Origin: Botryllus schlosseri
Lineage: Eukaryota
NCBI GenBank assembly: GCA_051294905.1
Contig: CM119371.1
Location: 27,282,001-27,346,000, forward strand
Reading direction: 5' to 3'
Length of the DNA stretch: 64,000 bases
The notes below the pieces were generated by a model. It worked only from the letters and a program-made list of their open reading frames with translations, was not told the origin of the DNA and ran no database searches. The position numbers and the translations under genes are program-made. Position 1 is the stretch's first letter. The number at the start of each line of letters is the position of its first letter. Below, piece by piece: positions 27,171 through 39,624 of the stretch.

Positions 27171-27969
27171 GCTAAAACAGTGGCGGTAACGACGATATGA
27201 GTCGGCATTCTTCTTAGCTCCCTTATCTTTCGTCATTCAACTGTAAACGGGGACGTTTGGAATTTGGTTGAAATCACGATAAATTTGTCTCTGGATTTCG
27301 GGAACCTTTTGAGTCGGAAGCGACACAGCAGTTCGGCCACACATACTCGAATTATATGACTTGAGTATCAATAACATATTCTTCATGTAACCTGCATATA
27401 AAGTTTCCGCTGTGGCGTTTTCAATTCTGTGAGTAAAAACCTTTTCGGTAATTTTCCATAAAACTAAACTAAATGTGCACTTTTTGACCTTCTCGAAATT
27501 GGGTGTCAATGTCTTCGACTTGTTCTCAGTGGTAACTAGAGTGAAACCACATCACCGCTGTCGGGTGGTTGTGGCCTGCGAACATACTCGACATTCGCTG
27601 TCCTGGAGGATTATTGAATGGAGGTATTTCTTCAAACATCTCAACATTTTTTTACGTATGTGCTTGATAAGATCAGCATTTTTTTTAAATCTACTCAGAA
27701 TTCCTTCGCGGGCCGTATGTTTGACACCTCTGGACTACATCAAGAAAAATCAATCGAGATTGAAGGCTATACTAGGGCTAACAGAGTAATTCCGCGGTCT
27801 CATAAAATGACCTCCTGATTCGAAGCATGCAGAAAAAAATAATCGGGATCACTTCATTGTCATTGGATTCTAAGCAAGGGTTATCAGCCTTGACCGCTAA
27901 GTTCTAGAGCTGGAATCTTCCAATTGAGCCTGGACATAATATGCGATGTACTGTGAGTAATGTTATTAC

Positions 27970-29005
27970 TAGGGCCATTTAAAGTCATTAAAGTCATATT
28001 TTTTTTATGCATCAGTAAGTCGTGAAATCAATTTTAACGCGAAAACCACGCCCGTAGGGGGTAGATTAAGAAAGTTATAAAGTCATATAAAGTCATATTT
28101 TCCTGGTTAGGTCATATTTGAGTTATAAAGTCATATTGTTGTATACTTTAAATAAAAAGTGCCAATTTAAGCGGTGAAGCAATTAAGCACTAAGAAAGTA
28201 AGGCAATTTCTGATTGACGAAGGCAATTTCTGATTGAACGAAGGCAAGCTGTAAGGTTAGCCTACATAACATTGCAGTAACAGGCCTATGAGGTCACACA
28301 TTTCATTATGAGTAGGACTGAAGTAGGCCGTCATTTGAAGTTCAGTCAGCGGGTAGGCAGGCTAAAGAGCGCTCTATTGGTCAACTTATATACTAATACA
28401 TTAGGATTTGAATAAAATAGTATTTACGGTGAGCACCACTATAATAAATAATTGAAGAATTGGTCACCGAAATATGCCTCCACTACAACAATATTTCAAA
28501 CTTGATACTGAAAATGGAAAGTTGTACGGAATGTACGTACATCATCGGAGAGGCTAATGCTGATCTAAATGCCCTTGATTTCAGAAAATATCCGCTTGAG
28601 CTCAAAAATTACATTAAGAAGCGATTGGACAAAAACGATGTGAAACAAATTATGGAGCTACAAAGGCAAGACATTTCATCAGCGCTGTATGCAAACCTGC
28701 AGAAGTGTCAACCCATATCAGCGTCTGTGGAGCGCTCATTTTCCTTACTAAAGTCATTTTTACGTCCAAATTGTCACTTTAAAGACTCCAACATTCAACA
28801 CTACGTGAAACTGTACTACAATTGTGGTTTAAAATAAAAATGGATGCGTATTACTGTTGTTGTATATGTTTTACTCGCCAGTTCCATGAGTGACGTCGGT
28901 TACATGTAAAAATACACTATTTTCACATAAAGTCATACAAAGTCATATTTTCCATAAAATAAAGTCATATAATTGATTTTTTAAGGTCATATAAAAATGG
29001 CCCTA
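27970..29005 (+). mobile_element. Internally deleted hAT transposon retaining the transposase C-terminal dimerisation region (28460-28837)
   Basis: TIR TAGGGCCATTT / AAATGGCCCTA; TSD GTTATTAC; AAAGTCATA subterminal repeats; ORF contains QPISASVERSFSLLK. Confidence 0.9.
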
Positions 29006-29028
29006 GTTATTACCCGGATGGAAAAGCT

Positions 29029-29612
29029 CAGGGTTGTAATGACTCGAGTCATGACTCGACTCGAGTCAGACTCGAGTCACGATTTTCGGATGACTCGACT
29101 CGACTCGAGTCATTTTCTCAAAATATGGAAATGACTCGACTCGACTCGAGTCAATCTGTGTATTGACTCGACTTGGACTCGAGTCATTGCGCATGACTCG
29201 AAGCAAGTCATTGACTCGAGATTCAGACGGCGAAGATCGACATTTCATTGTAATTTCGAAGCCAACACACTATTGGGATTTCATTTGTTGGTACTGGTGG
29301 TTGAAAATGCGACCAGAAACTGCTAAAAGTGAGGAAAATTGATATATTATAAATGCGAACCATGCAATATCACCAAACAGAGTCAAAAAAGTGGGTTTAG
29401 GAAGACTTTAACTGGAAACTGAGCAGTCAACACAATGACTTGGACCCGGACTCGAGTCATAATACCATGACTCGGACTCGATCCTCTGTTCGCTGACTTG
29501 GACTCGGACTTGACTCGGTGGGAATTGAAAATGACTCGACTTGACTCGAGTCAAAAATATAAAAGTGAGATTGACTTGTGACTCGGAACCTTGTGACTTG
29601 GTTACAACCCTG
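29029..29612. mobile_element. 584-bp hAT MITE rich in GACTCGAGTC palindromes (young copy 1)
   Basis: TIR CAGGGTTGTAA / TTACAACCCTG; TSD GAAAAGCT. Confidence 0.95.
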
Positions 29613-31227
29613 GAAAAGCTTGTACTTACTAAAAGCTTCTTATCCAAAGAAATTGTGTTTTCTTGCTGCCTGGTGATATGGTACAGTATTTTCGTCTATA
29701 TACGTGGTAAATGAAAGTGCCATTGAGTAACATAAGTCATTAGTGAACCAGACGGTACGCAGTAGCCTTAATAGTAAAAATAAATTACGCGATCGTAAAA
29801 AGTTTGAGGCAGAGTGCACTAGTGGCAGGAGGCTGAATTACTGCTACTTCCCAAACTAACTATTCATTTACCATAAACACTACCAACTGCGTCGTTAATG
29901 GTGTTTCGTCAGAGATGGCCCATGCATACAGCACGACAGAGTTGATGTCAATACACTTTAATTTTAATCATCAACACAAGATTTGAAAACATCTGCTATC
30001 CCCTCATTGAGTCCAGAATTTTCCTATCTAGAATAAAACCTACATATGTCACAGTACTGACCCTAAATCTTACCGTTCTAAAACTCGATGTCGTATTTAA
30101 GTATTAGTCGCACAATTCACCTGTGGCCATATTCTAAACGCTGTGTAAGTGAGTGAGACCGGTGATTCGGCAAAAGCATGGAAAATACTTTTTCTCGCCC
30201 TAATATTTTGAAGATATTCAAGTGCGATCTTTAAAAATAACTAACACGAGTGCGTCGTGATGTTCGGTAGGGTTAGCTGGTAAGTAGTACGTCTGTCTTA
30301 CATTTAAAACAAATTGTAGTTTGAAACACTACGTTTGAAACATGTTTTTAACAGTGTTTTAAACAAGGCCTTTTCAACAAAAATGTGTGTTTTTCAAAGT
30401 TGTATAGTGATGAAATAATCGTGTAAATAGCTACCAAAAACATGTAGTTGGAGCCTACAGACAATTACCCCCTGATATAGCCGATTTATATGATATGGGA
30501 TGGTTGGATCCATGAAAATTGCTGGTTAACAGCTATAGCTTCACGTAGATATTCCGCCAAAGGAGCTATATTTACCATATATTTTTAATTGTCAATGTCA
30601 ATTAACTATGACGTCATATTCGGATATTTGTGTACTCATGACTTAAGAAAAACAATGGAAAACTTGTTTTAAACATGTTTGTTTTGACTTGATTTTTGTT
30701 TTACCGGTAAATGCAACTTTAAGTACGCCCGGATCCGTACAATTATAGCACCTCAAAACTTGAAATTTTTCTGGGGGAACTTCGACGTAGTTCAGCGTTA
30801 TTTACTGACGCAGCAAGAAATTTAGTGTTTTATGGGAGATTTCTTCAATTTTATTTACCAACATCTGAGTAGGTACAGCAAGTAGCCTACTTCGTTAGCC
30901 TACCATCTGCGATGGTATACCTACTTACCTACTATACCTACTAAAATTGTTTCCCGTGTGTCAAGTGATTCTACGCTTAGTTCTATGTATATGTGTCAGT
31001 TCTATCCATATGTGTTATTTGCTACTCTGGTACTGCAACTACTCTATCTCATCACATCTAACTCGTAAGATATCTTGCTACAAACTACGGTAACCGACTA
31101 CACCCAAGCATCCGGTGATCCAATATGCATTCCACTTTATTCGATCTAAGAAAACTGTATAAAATACTATTAGTTTCGTAATAAAATTGCAACAGGCACG
31201 TATAAATTTTCATTGCACTGCACTTTT

Positions 31228-32684
31228 TCACTCCGTAATCGGATATAATAATGTTAAAATAGATATTGATATTGCGAAACAAGATAATAAAACTGACGTC
31301 CAGCTATCGAACGTGTCAGTGTCTTCCTCCAAGACGGAATAAAATAGAATTGTCATGCCGCAAATGACGATAGCACAGGAGATCATCCAGACTGACGTCT
31401 TCTCGTTGAAATCTGAAAAAGTATGTTTGGAAACCTTAGTTCTGAGTAGTTATGCGTTTATCGTCACGATGCGCCCTGTAAATTCGATAAGTAGTTCTGA
31501 TTAACTGGTAAAATCATGCGAAATTTACTTTTTGAAGCTATTTCAATTCAGTGGTTTTTAGACCTTCATATTTTCATTTCCTCTTCAAGTAAGTCTTGGA
31601 AATGGCTAATGATCAGTGATTTCCTACCGCGTCTCTCACAGTTGCATGTGTTACCAAGCTAGACTTCTCGCGGCTCTGTATATTCGGAATATTCCACAAA
31701 AATATAATAGACAGTTTTTGTTTGTTTCTATGAATAGTTGTAGTAAATTTCTGTATATGAATGTCAAAATAAGGGATATTTTAATGTTCAATTACGCTCA
31801 AGGCCGCATCTGAAACGGAGGAAGAGATTATTTGCAGACTAGCGTCAAACGCATGGCTCATAGTCAAGTTCAAATTGCAATATTACTAATAGACTCAGCG
31901 CATTATCCCCTTCAAACTTGTGCATCTAAGTGCTGGAATGCATGAAGAGAGCTATGATATAACGACAAATATGGTAAGCCGTAGTAATGATATGCATTTT
32001 CGGTTCATTACAATGCATAGCACACGCAAATGTTCGTCATCAATGCTAAAATAACCGATTTAAAATCTATAGCAGTCTATGTGCAATGAGCATGCTTTTC
32101 AATTAGCTGGATGATGGGATGTAGTGGTGTAAGCTTGCTGCCTTCAAATTTTCATTATAAGTACTCCAGTGTTTTCATCCGGCCTCACAAGTACTCTAAA
32201 AGTTTGAAATGCGGCTCCGACATCAAAAAAGGTTCGAAACCACTGCTAATGATACTTGTATCTACTCGCAATCAACATTTTGAAATTACAGCAGTATAGT
32301 TATCAGACCTATCAACTTCTACTTCAACTTGTAGCTTGAACATGAAACAGTATATTAATTTTAGTTAAGCAGCAAAACTGTCATAATCTTATCACCCCTG
32401 ACGAATATCAAAAATGCAATTCAATCGATTATTGAAAGTCATATTCGACTGTCATCACACACAACAATTTGCCTCACCAATGTCGTCGGTTTCTTCATTT
32501 TTACTACGTAGTCCAGCGGGTGTAGAACCTATCGTACTTTTTGGCCTTCTGTGGAAATCTGGACTAGCAGCATAGTTATCTGGATTTGGTCCCTCTTCTA
32601 TACGGCAAAGTTCGGTTTCCACAGACGAATCGCTTGGTTCGGACTGTGATATTTCGTGGTTACGCGTTCGGATTCCGGGAACAT
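31228..32684 (-). CDS. Host gene fragment: internal exon 32684-32478 and terminal two-TM exon 31412-31228
   Basis: 207-nt phase-1 exon (CAG / GTGAGG); terminal exon after TTTTTCAG reads DFNEKTSVWMISCAIVICGMTILFYSVLEEDTDTFDSWTSVLLSCFAISISILTLLYPITE*. Confidence 0.65.
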
Positions 32685-34409
32685 CTGCAAGTCGCAAATT
32701 GTGTACGGTATCATGCGTCTTGCTATGAAAAGATATCAAGGTGCACACGCGGTCAAATTGCGACACGGTGTACCTTTGGAATATATCATATTGCCCAAAA
32801 CAAGTCAACATGCTGGACAAGTCAGTAAGTGATCGCTTATGTCATCATTCTTGCAGTAAATAAAGGGAAATATGAATCGAAATGGGTAGTCACTGGTAAA
32901 AAAAAACAGTCTATGACATTTTATTTGTAAAGGTACTCCCAATTCCTTCGTTCGTACTGTACAATATACAAATTGTAAAACGTAGATGAAATTGAAAGGA
33001 GTTGAAGTACCTAACCACTTCAACCCTCTCTTCGAATATTTGTGATCCTTTATTGTAAAGCAAGAGTGGGAGCTGTGGCACATACGCTGGAAACGCCTGG
33101 TCTTAAGTCTGGTTTTGCCTACTTGTACTGGATGCACTGCTTTCTGTCAACATTCACTTATTACACTTTCGATATTGAGATTTTGAAAGTAGGCTACTTA
33201 TGTGGATATCTTCTTATTGCTTTTATGGTTGAAAATCTCATAAAACCTGAAGAAAAAATCCAGTAATGAACTTTGGCGAAACGGTCGCTGTAACTGATGA
33301 GGATGATGATGATGATGATATATTATGAAAAATCACCCCAGTTTGCCCATTCAGCAAGTGGCCCCAAGTGTTATTTTTCACAATTTCTTCTTGCAGTATA
33401 GGGAAAGGAAAACCAGGTATGGTCAGCAACGAAGTACTTCTACTATATTATTGGAGTAGACTACTCCATTCGCATACTTGCATTACCTATACAAGTGGCT
33501 ATGTCTATAGCCTGCTTCCTATCCCACTCGGCATTGTTTGTTAGGCAAAATTATATACCTCTTACACTTCTGATAAACTACAGGACATAATAATTTACTG
33601 GATATGTTTTCAGTACTAATAGGGGTAAAATTGTCTAACACCGGGTGGAAGAGCCCCTTAATGACTGTAATCGAATATGTATTCTCGAACTTCGAGCCAT
33701 ATCTGTAGTGAAATCAGTCATTTTGAACTAAAGTAGTCACCTGCGATTAACCGCTAACGGTATGCGATCGGTTGCTCGCTGAATTAGCTTTGACGTATGT
33801 TAGAAACCATTACTTCCACTTGTCCTCGATTGGAAATTTACGGCTTATCTTCAACTTCTACTCGAAAAACAACGCCTACTACTTCGCCATCTTGACACAT
33901 GCTGGCGGGCTATATCGCATGCTCCGTGAATTATAGAATGGCACTTCCACAACATTGCCCTACACATCTTGATGTACGCGCACCGTGATCATAGAGAACG
34001 CGGAAAATTTTAGAGTGATCTTAATTGCCAAGTTCAATAGCTTTTACAACGATTCAGGTCCTACCCATACCTTCTCTCTTCTCCGGTCGCCAATACGAAC
34101 CGGATTCTATCCCTGTTGGCGACAAACGTGTGGTCGTCCGCAATGGTATCATTTCATCCTCTGCCAAAATACATACTTACATCAATATTGTTATATCAGA
34201 ATATATCCGGACGACGTCGAATGTAGCCATACCGACGTTTTGTTTTCTCCAAATGTTGGTGCGTAAAATCGAGCACTATGAAGTGATACGTAATAATCCA
34301 AGAAATGCATTGCAATATCAAGTATCTTCATTCTATGCGACCGCAATGAAAAGATCAGTTACACTTTATCAAAGAATAGTTTTCAATTTTTCATCACTTT
34401 ATGCTAGGA

Positions 34410-35597
34410 CAGGGGTTCTCAAAAGGTGGGCCATGGCCCACTGGTGGGCAACAGGAGCATTAGAGGTGGGCCACAGAGGTATTTAGAAGATCGAAGAGTT
34501 AATGTAAGACAAGTTACATTTGTTATGTTAATCGCTAAAAAATATATTATCTAATTATACGTAGGCTACCTATAACTGTTCATCCGACTCTAATTAGATG
34601 TAGTGGCACGTATGGAGTCAGCATGTACAAGTCGAAAACGTTAAAAAGAAACGGCGGCTTTTACCACTGGCTATGACAACCTACTACTAACCACAACTAA
34701 AATAATTTTGAGTATATAATAACTGGGAGGTAATGCTGAAGTAAACAAGTATTTTGGCAGGTTCATATGTCGTATGCCGTTGAAAGGGGTATGCAATGAG
34801 GTGTAATCGATGTATAGATTTACTGTAATTAGGCAGTTCGTATTATTTTAAGATAAAAATCTCCATAATTGCAAATTCTGGTGGAGGTATACTGCACCAC
34901 CGCGACGCATCGTAATGGATTAAGGATTTAACGGAGAGCATTATTCTTTGGAGTCGGTTTAAAATGGCCTGCCTGCTGTGACGTAAGAGTCACATGAATT
35001 GATTGTATTATTGGATTGAATATTCTGATATCGCAACTTCATAATATATTATATTGTACATTGTACAGCATGCATATTAAAAAAAAAACTTTTTCCACTT
35101 CTCTGTACGAACCCATTCGCCAATGAAATATTTGAAGCTGGCCCAGAATGATTATAATATTCCCCACAATAGTGGAACTAAAATCCCAGACACACAGTGG
35201 TTGCAGGGATTTGATCATTGTGTTTCGCGACCCGAATGGAGCAGTGGACGATCATAATATACCCAGGAGTTTTAGCCTATGATCTACCAGGCTGTAACTG
35301 TTGCACCCAGACTCCCGACTGGGGAGCTAGAAGTGGCCCAATATTATTTCGTTAGGCGCATATTTATTTAACTTGAAAATTTCGTCGCGGATGGCGCGAT
35401 TTAGTGTCCCGGGATGTGTAGATTTAAATATCATCACCAAATTAGGTGAAAAATGCGCATATTTTAGAGAAATAGGCATATCTCCGCTGTTGATAACCAC
35501 GCATTGACAGTATTATGACTACAAGATGAGAGGTGGGCCACAGCACATTTTCAAATCGGAAAATGGGCAACGGCCCAGAAAGGGCCGAGAACCCCTG
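34410..35597. mobile_element. hAT MITE present only in duplication copy 1
   Basis: TIR CAGGGGTTCTC / GAGAACCCCTG; flanks TGCTAGGA / TACTAGGA; empty site TACTAGGA at 40027-40034. Confidence 0.92.
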
Positions 35598-36295
35598 TAC
35601 TAGGACATTACGGGTTTCTATGACAGCGGCGTGGTTCGATAAGTACTTCCCATAAATATCATTTTCGTGAATATACTTACTGCATATCTATGCGCGACAT
35701 ATGATTTGGGTACTGCAATGCTGATATGATAGGGTCAACATATTTTGGAATCGGGAAAGGAGGAATTTTTTACCAAATCACAAAAGTTAGTCGATCAAAT
35801 CTGAAAACAGCGGCTTTTGCGGAGTTGAGTAAAAAAGGTCATTTCGCTCGGCTCCATTTTACGCCCATTTTACTAAGATCGTCACATCCGTTTAATCAAA
35901 GTTGTCACTTCCGTTCAAACCACGAATTTCCCGTTCGAAAGGCAATATTAGCTATTGGCCGTCATTCATGTCGATTTTCAGTCGAACCTGTTCATTATCC
36001 TAGCTGTAAAATCTGTAACGGAGAACGACTCGCCAAAAAGCAGGAGATTTCAGGGGCCTCGCAGGAAATTTTGAAAAACTTAAAAAGGAGGCCAAATTAT
36101 CATAAAGGAGGACATAGGGTAACCCTATGATATGAAAGGGTGCGAAGCTTCAATCATTTTGAAAATAGTGCATCGAAACGTTCATTCTAAGTAATACATG
36201 TGTCTTTTTTGGTACCATGTTCAATTGTTCATAATAACGGCAGTCGAAATCGGCTCCACCGATTCGACTTGAATCAGTACAAATAACAATATTAC

Positions 36296-37766
36296 CACTG
36301 GTCAACACATATTTTTAGGCCGACAAAGTAAGAGTGGTTTTGGGGGTTCTGAAGGGCACTGATTCCGAATATGACCTTAGTTTTTCAAATTGACTCTATG
36401 TTTTGAGATAATCCATGGGCGTATATTTTGACTAAAATCTCGTTTTCGCGGTATGGGTTGATAATAAATCGGTTCGATCGTACTATAAAATTCACAAATT
36501 CAATCTACTTGTTATTTTGACACGCTTAAGACGGTTTTAAAGCAAAATACAACAACATAATTATATTTCGGGGAATCAGATTTATCATAATTGGAGACTT
36601 TCACGGATATCATGTGCATAAATAAACTTCAATCATGTACATAAGTATTTACCTAAATACTCAAAATAACGTTGCATTAATAGAATTAGTTTCATGTCAA
36701 CCACCTATTTAAAATTTAAATTATTTAGTTGGAATATAGTATTGATGACCAATCTTGGAACAAAATTGGTTTTTGTACTATTTTCGGTTTTGAGCAAGTC
36801 AGGGAAGTTTTTCGAAAGGTTCCAGCAATAGTCTGCTATAATATGTTCGTTGCTCCACCGATATCTTTCTAAAGTTGTTTTGATGTATTGGTGGAACCTT
36901 TCCCCTTTCTATTCCCACTAATCAACAATATTATCAGAAAATATATCAAGACGACTTGATAGGAAGTGCGATTTATTGCTCATGCTTGCTCCAAGGTTTC
37001 CGTATGCAGATAACAATTCTCGGATCAACTGTTTATAGTTGGGTTCTTTGTGACATTCCAAAAAAGTTTTAATCACTACATGCTAGAAAGGAGGCGATAC
37101 AGAGAGCACCTTTCTTATTATGAGATTGTAATCCTTTTTCCGTATTCGAATCTGAGATCCATCAAAGATTCCAGATTCAAGCTTCTCTCTTGATGTGGAT
37201 ACAAGGTATACCCACTTTGTTGGTGTCACGGAAAACCATCATTTTACAAATGAAAAGAGATGAGACGCATGAGTAGGCTAATCTAATTAAGCTTTCCAGG
37301 GACAAACTTGATAGTTTTATACTCCTCTGTCATCTTGGTAGAATGACCAATTGGTACAAGGAGAAAATATACTTCCATTGTGCAAAAGTACAATTTTTAG
37401 GCTTAAACAGACTGCGTTTTTAACAAACAAAGTTCTCGCATCAGGTCATGTTGATATTGATTGAATAACTGAGAACGACATGAGTGTTCATCGCAGTCAA
37501 TTATCAATTTATGCGCAGTATAAAAGTAGAAAAATCTAAAAAATCTTTCCTACCAAATGAAATAGTCAAGGGTAAATACAGTGATTTTACCCTTTTTAGG
37601 GGTATAAATCTCTTCTTTTCTAGAGCCAATCTAGTAAAACTAATGTGATATTCGTGATCAACAACCTCGAAAACCGAAAAAACGTAAAGTCTAGTCCATC
37701 AAGTTTCAAAGCGTCAAAGTCGCGACGATTATAAAAGCGAGTCAGTATAAGCCCAGTTCATGAGTG
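36296..37766 (-). mobile_element. Degenerate Chapaev3-like (CMC) DNA transposon; second copy 40722-42156
   Basis: Minus strand ~37080-36820 reads KTFLECHKEPNYKQLIRELLSAYGNLGASMSNKSHFLSSRLDIF...GERFHQYI...IADYCWNL (with stops), matching the H-F-L-x-S-H-L-D / GERFHQ / ADYCW pattern; CAC...GTG termini. Confidence 0.7.
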
Positions 37767-37894
37767 AATATGTCAAAGGTACCACGTGCGTCACCAATTA
37801 TATGATACCAAGAGATATTTCTCACGTCAAATACTTACCTCACAGGCACATTGTAATTGTAACACAAATTTGTGACATTTTTAATGCATACCAG

Positions 37895-38368
37895 CAGGGT
37901 TGTAACCGAGTCACAAGGTTCCGAGTCACAAGTCAATCCTACTTTTATAGTTGTGACTCGAGTCAAGACGAGTCATTTCCAATTCACCACCTAATCAGAG
38001 TCATATTGTTTTAAGTCATTATGTTCACTGATCAGATTTCAGTTCAATCTGGTTCAACCCACTTTTTTCAATCAGCTCTAGTGATATATAATGGCTTCAT
38101 AATATAGTATTTTTACTCGGTTGTAACAGTATCGGTCCCTATTGTCCAAGTATCAGGACTGATAGACGATGTGCCAATAATGTTGTATACTATTCTTCAA
38201 AGGTACATTGAAATGTATGTCTTGGCCGTACTAGTTTCGAGTCATATAACTTGGTTCGAGTCCTGCACAATGACTCGTGTACAAGTAGAGTCAATAAAAA
38301 AATTGACTCGAGTTGAGTCAAATCATTCAACACATTTTCAAGTCATGACTCGAGTCATTATAACCCTG
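37895..38368. mobile_element. Older GACTCGAGTC-family MITE in opposite orientation; paralogous deleted copy 42308-42636
   Basis: Same TIRs as 29029-29612; TSD CATACCAG in both duplication copies. Confidence 0.88.
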
Positions 38369-39624
38369 CATACCAGTATTCAGCGCGACTACCGAGTGTT
38401 AGTGCAACTGACCGAGATTCTCCGCAGCATGGATCCGCCTCTGCCTTGGTAGGTCATCAGAGAGTGAAACTTCGGATGGGTGGCGCGACAGTCGAAGAGT
38501 GCTACTTTCACCAACTGAATCAGATCATACGTTGACTTAAAATGTTTGACAATAGCAATATATACTAGCTTTCAACTAATACTAGATTTTCAGCTTATTT
38601 AGGCATGGTGAAGTTCAGTATTGTAAAGCTGCGAAACATTTTTATAGGGATGGTGTGAACGTGAGGTTCGTGTTCGCGTTCCGTGTGTGAACCTGTGAAA
38701 TTTTTTTATGTATTACAATTTTACACGTCAATATACCTTCTTTGGGTTGAAATTCTCTACATTTTACCTTCGCATTTCAACTGCGCCTGGCGCTGGCAGT
38801 ATCAAAAGAAATTCAGCACCAAACGAGCATGTACCGTGCCAATTTCAAAACTTATTTGCTCGAAATATTCAGCTTTTCATTTGTGAGTCTTCAGTGACTT
38901 TTTGTGGACTTTGCCCGTAATCACATGATAACAAGAAAGAAGCGCTACATGTAGTTAAGTCAGCGAATTGTGCTTGGTCAACCCATCAATGATTTAAATC
39001 AAGTAACTCGGCACTGCACCTTCAAAGGACAAAAGAAGACATACCCGTAGTGTTATTATTGCGATGGATTCTTTTGCAATCAACTGCCTCTACAATAGAA
39101 GAACATTATTCTGCATTGAATACGCTGGATTCAAATAGTAAGGTCGCGCTGTTCGAAGTAACATATTCGATTTTGAGTAATAGCTTCTTAATGCTATCCT
39201 GTGCAATGATGTTTCTCGAACCCTATTGTAATTTCCAAGCGTAGACTCAATATTATCGTATGTTTTGATGGATCGATTTTCTACCTAACACAATATTATC
39301 CTAGAGATTTTATCTCTTTCATTATGACCGGTCTAAATATACCGTGCACTGTAAATTAATTTGGTTGTTTTCGGCATGGTCTATATTTCGCGGCATGTGA
39401 ATTCTACCCTTTCTATCTTTCAGCACTTGGCGGTGCGCAATACGCAACGACAGTACAGTTTTTAATTGTCTCGCAGTCGATAAAGGTTCAGTGCCACCAT
39501 TTATACCGAGTGGCACTGTTGTACATGTTGAATATGGAATCAAAAAGTGCTGCAAAACAGTATTCTCATATCATACTTCACGAAGAAAAAAAACGGAAAA
39601 TCCACCAGGTTTATCGTTAACACT

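Larger units (their letters stand above)
33996..39394 (+). repeat. Tandem segmental duplication, copy 1
   Basis: Colinear similarity with 39625-43731 along its length, apart from indels. Confidence 0.95.

Noticed and set aside
29029..29612. Recurring GACTCGAGTC palindromes resembling a CRISPR or operator array
   Set aside because: Irregular spacing, no repeat-spacer structure, bounded by TIRs and TSD; eukaryotic MITE
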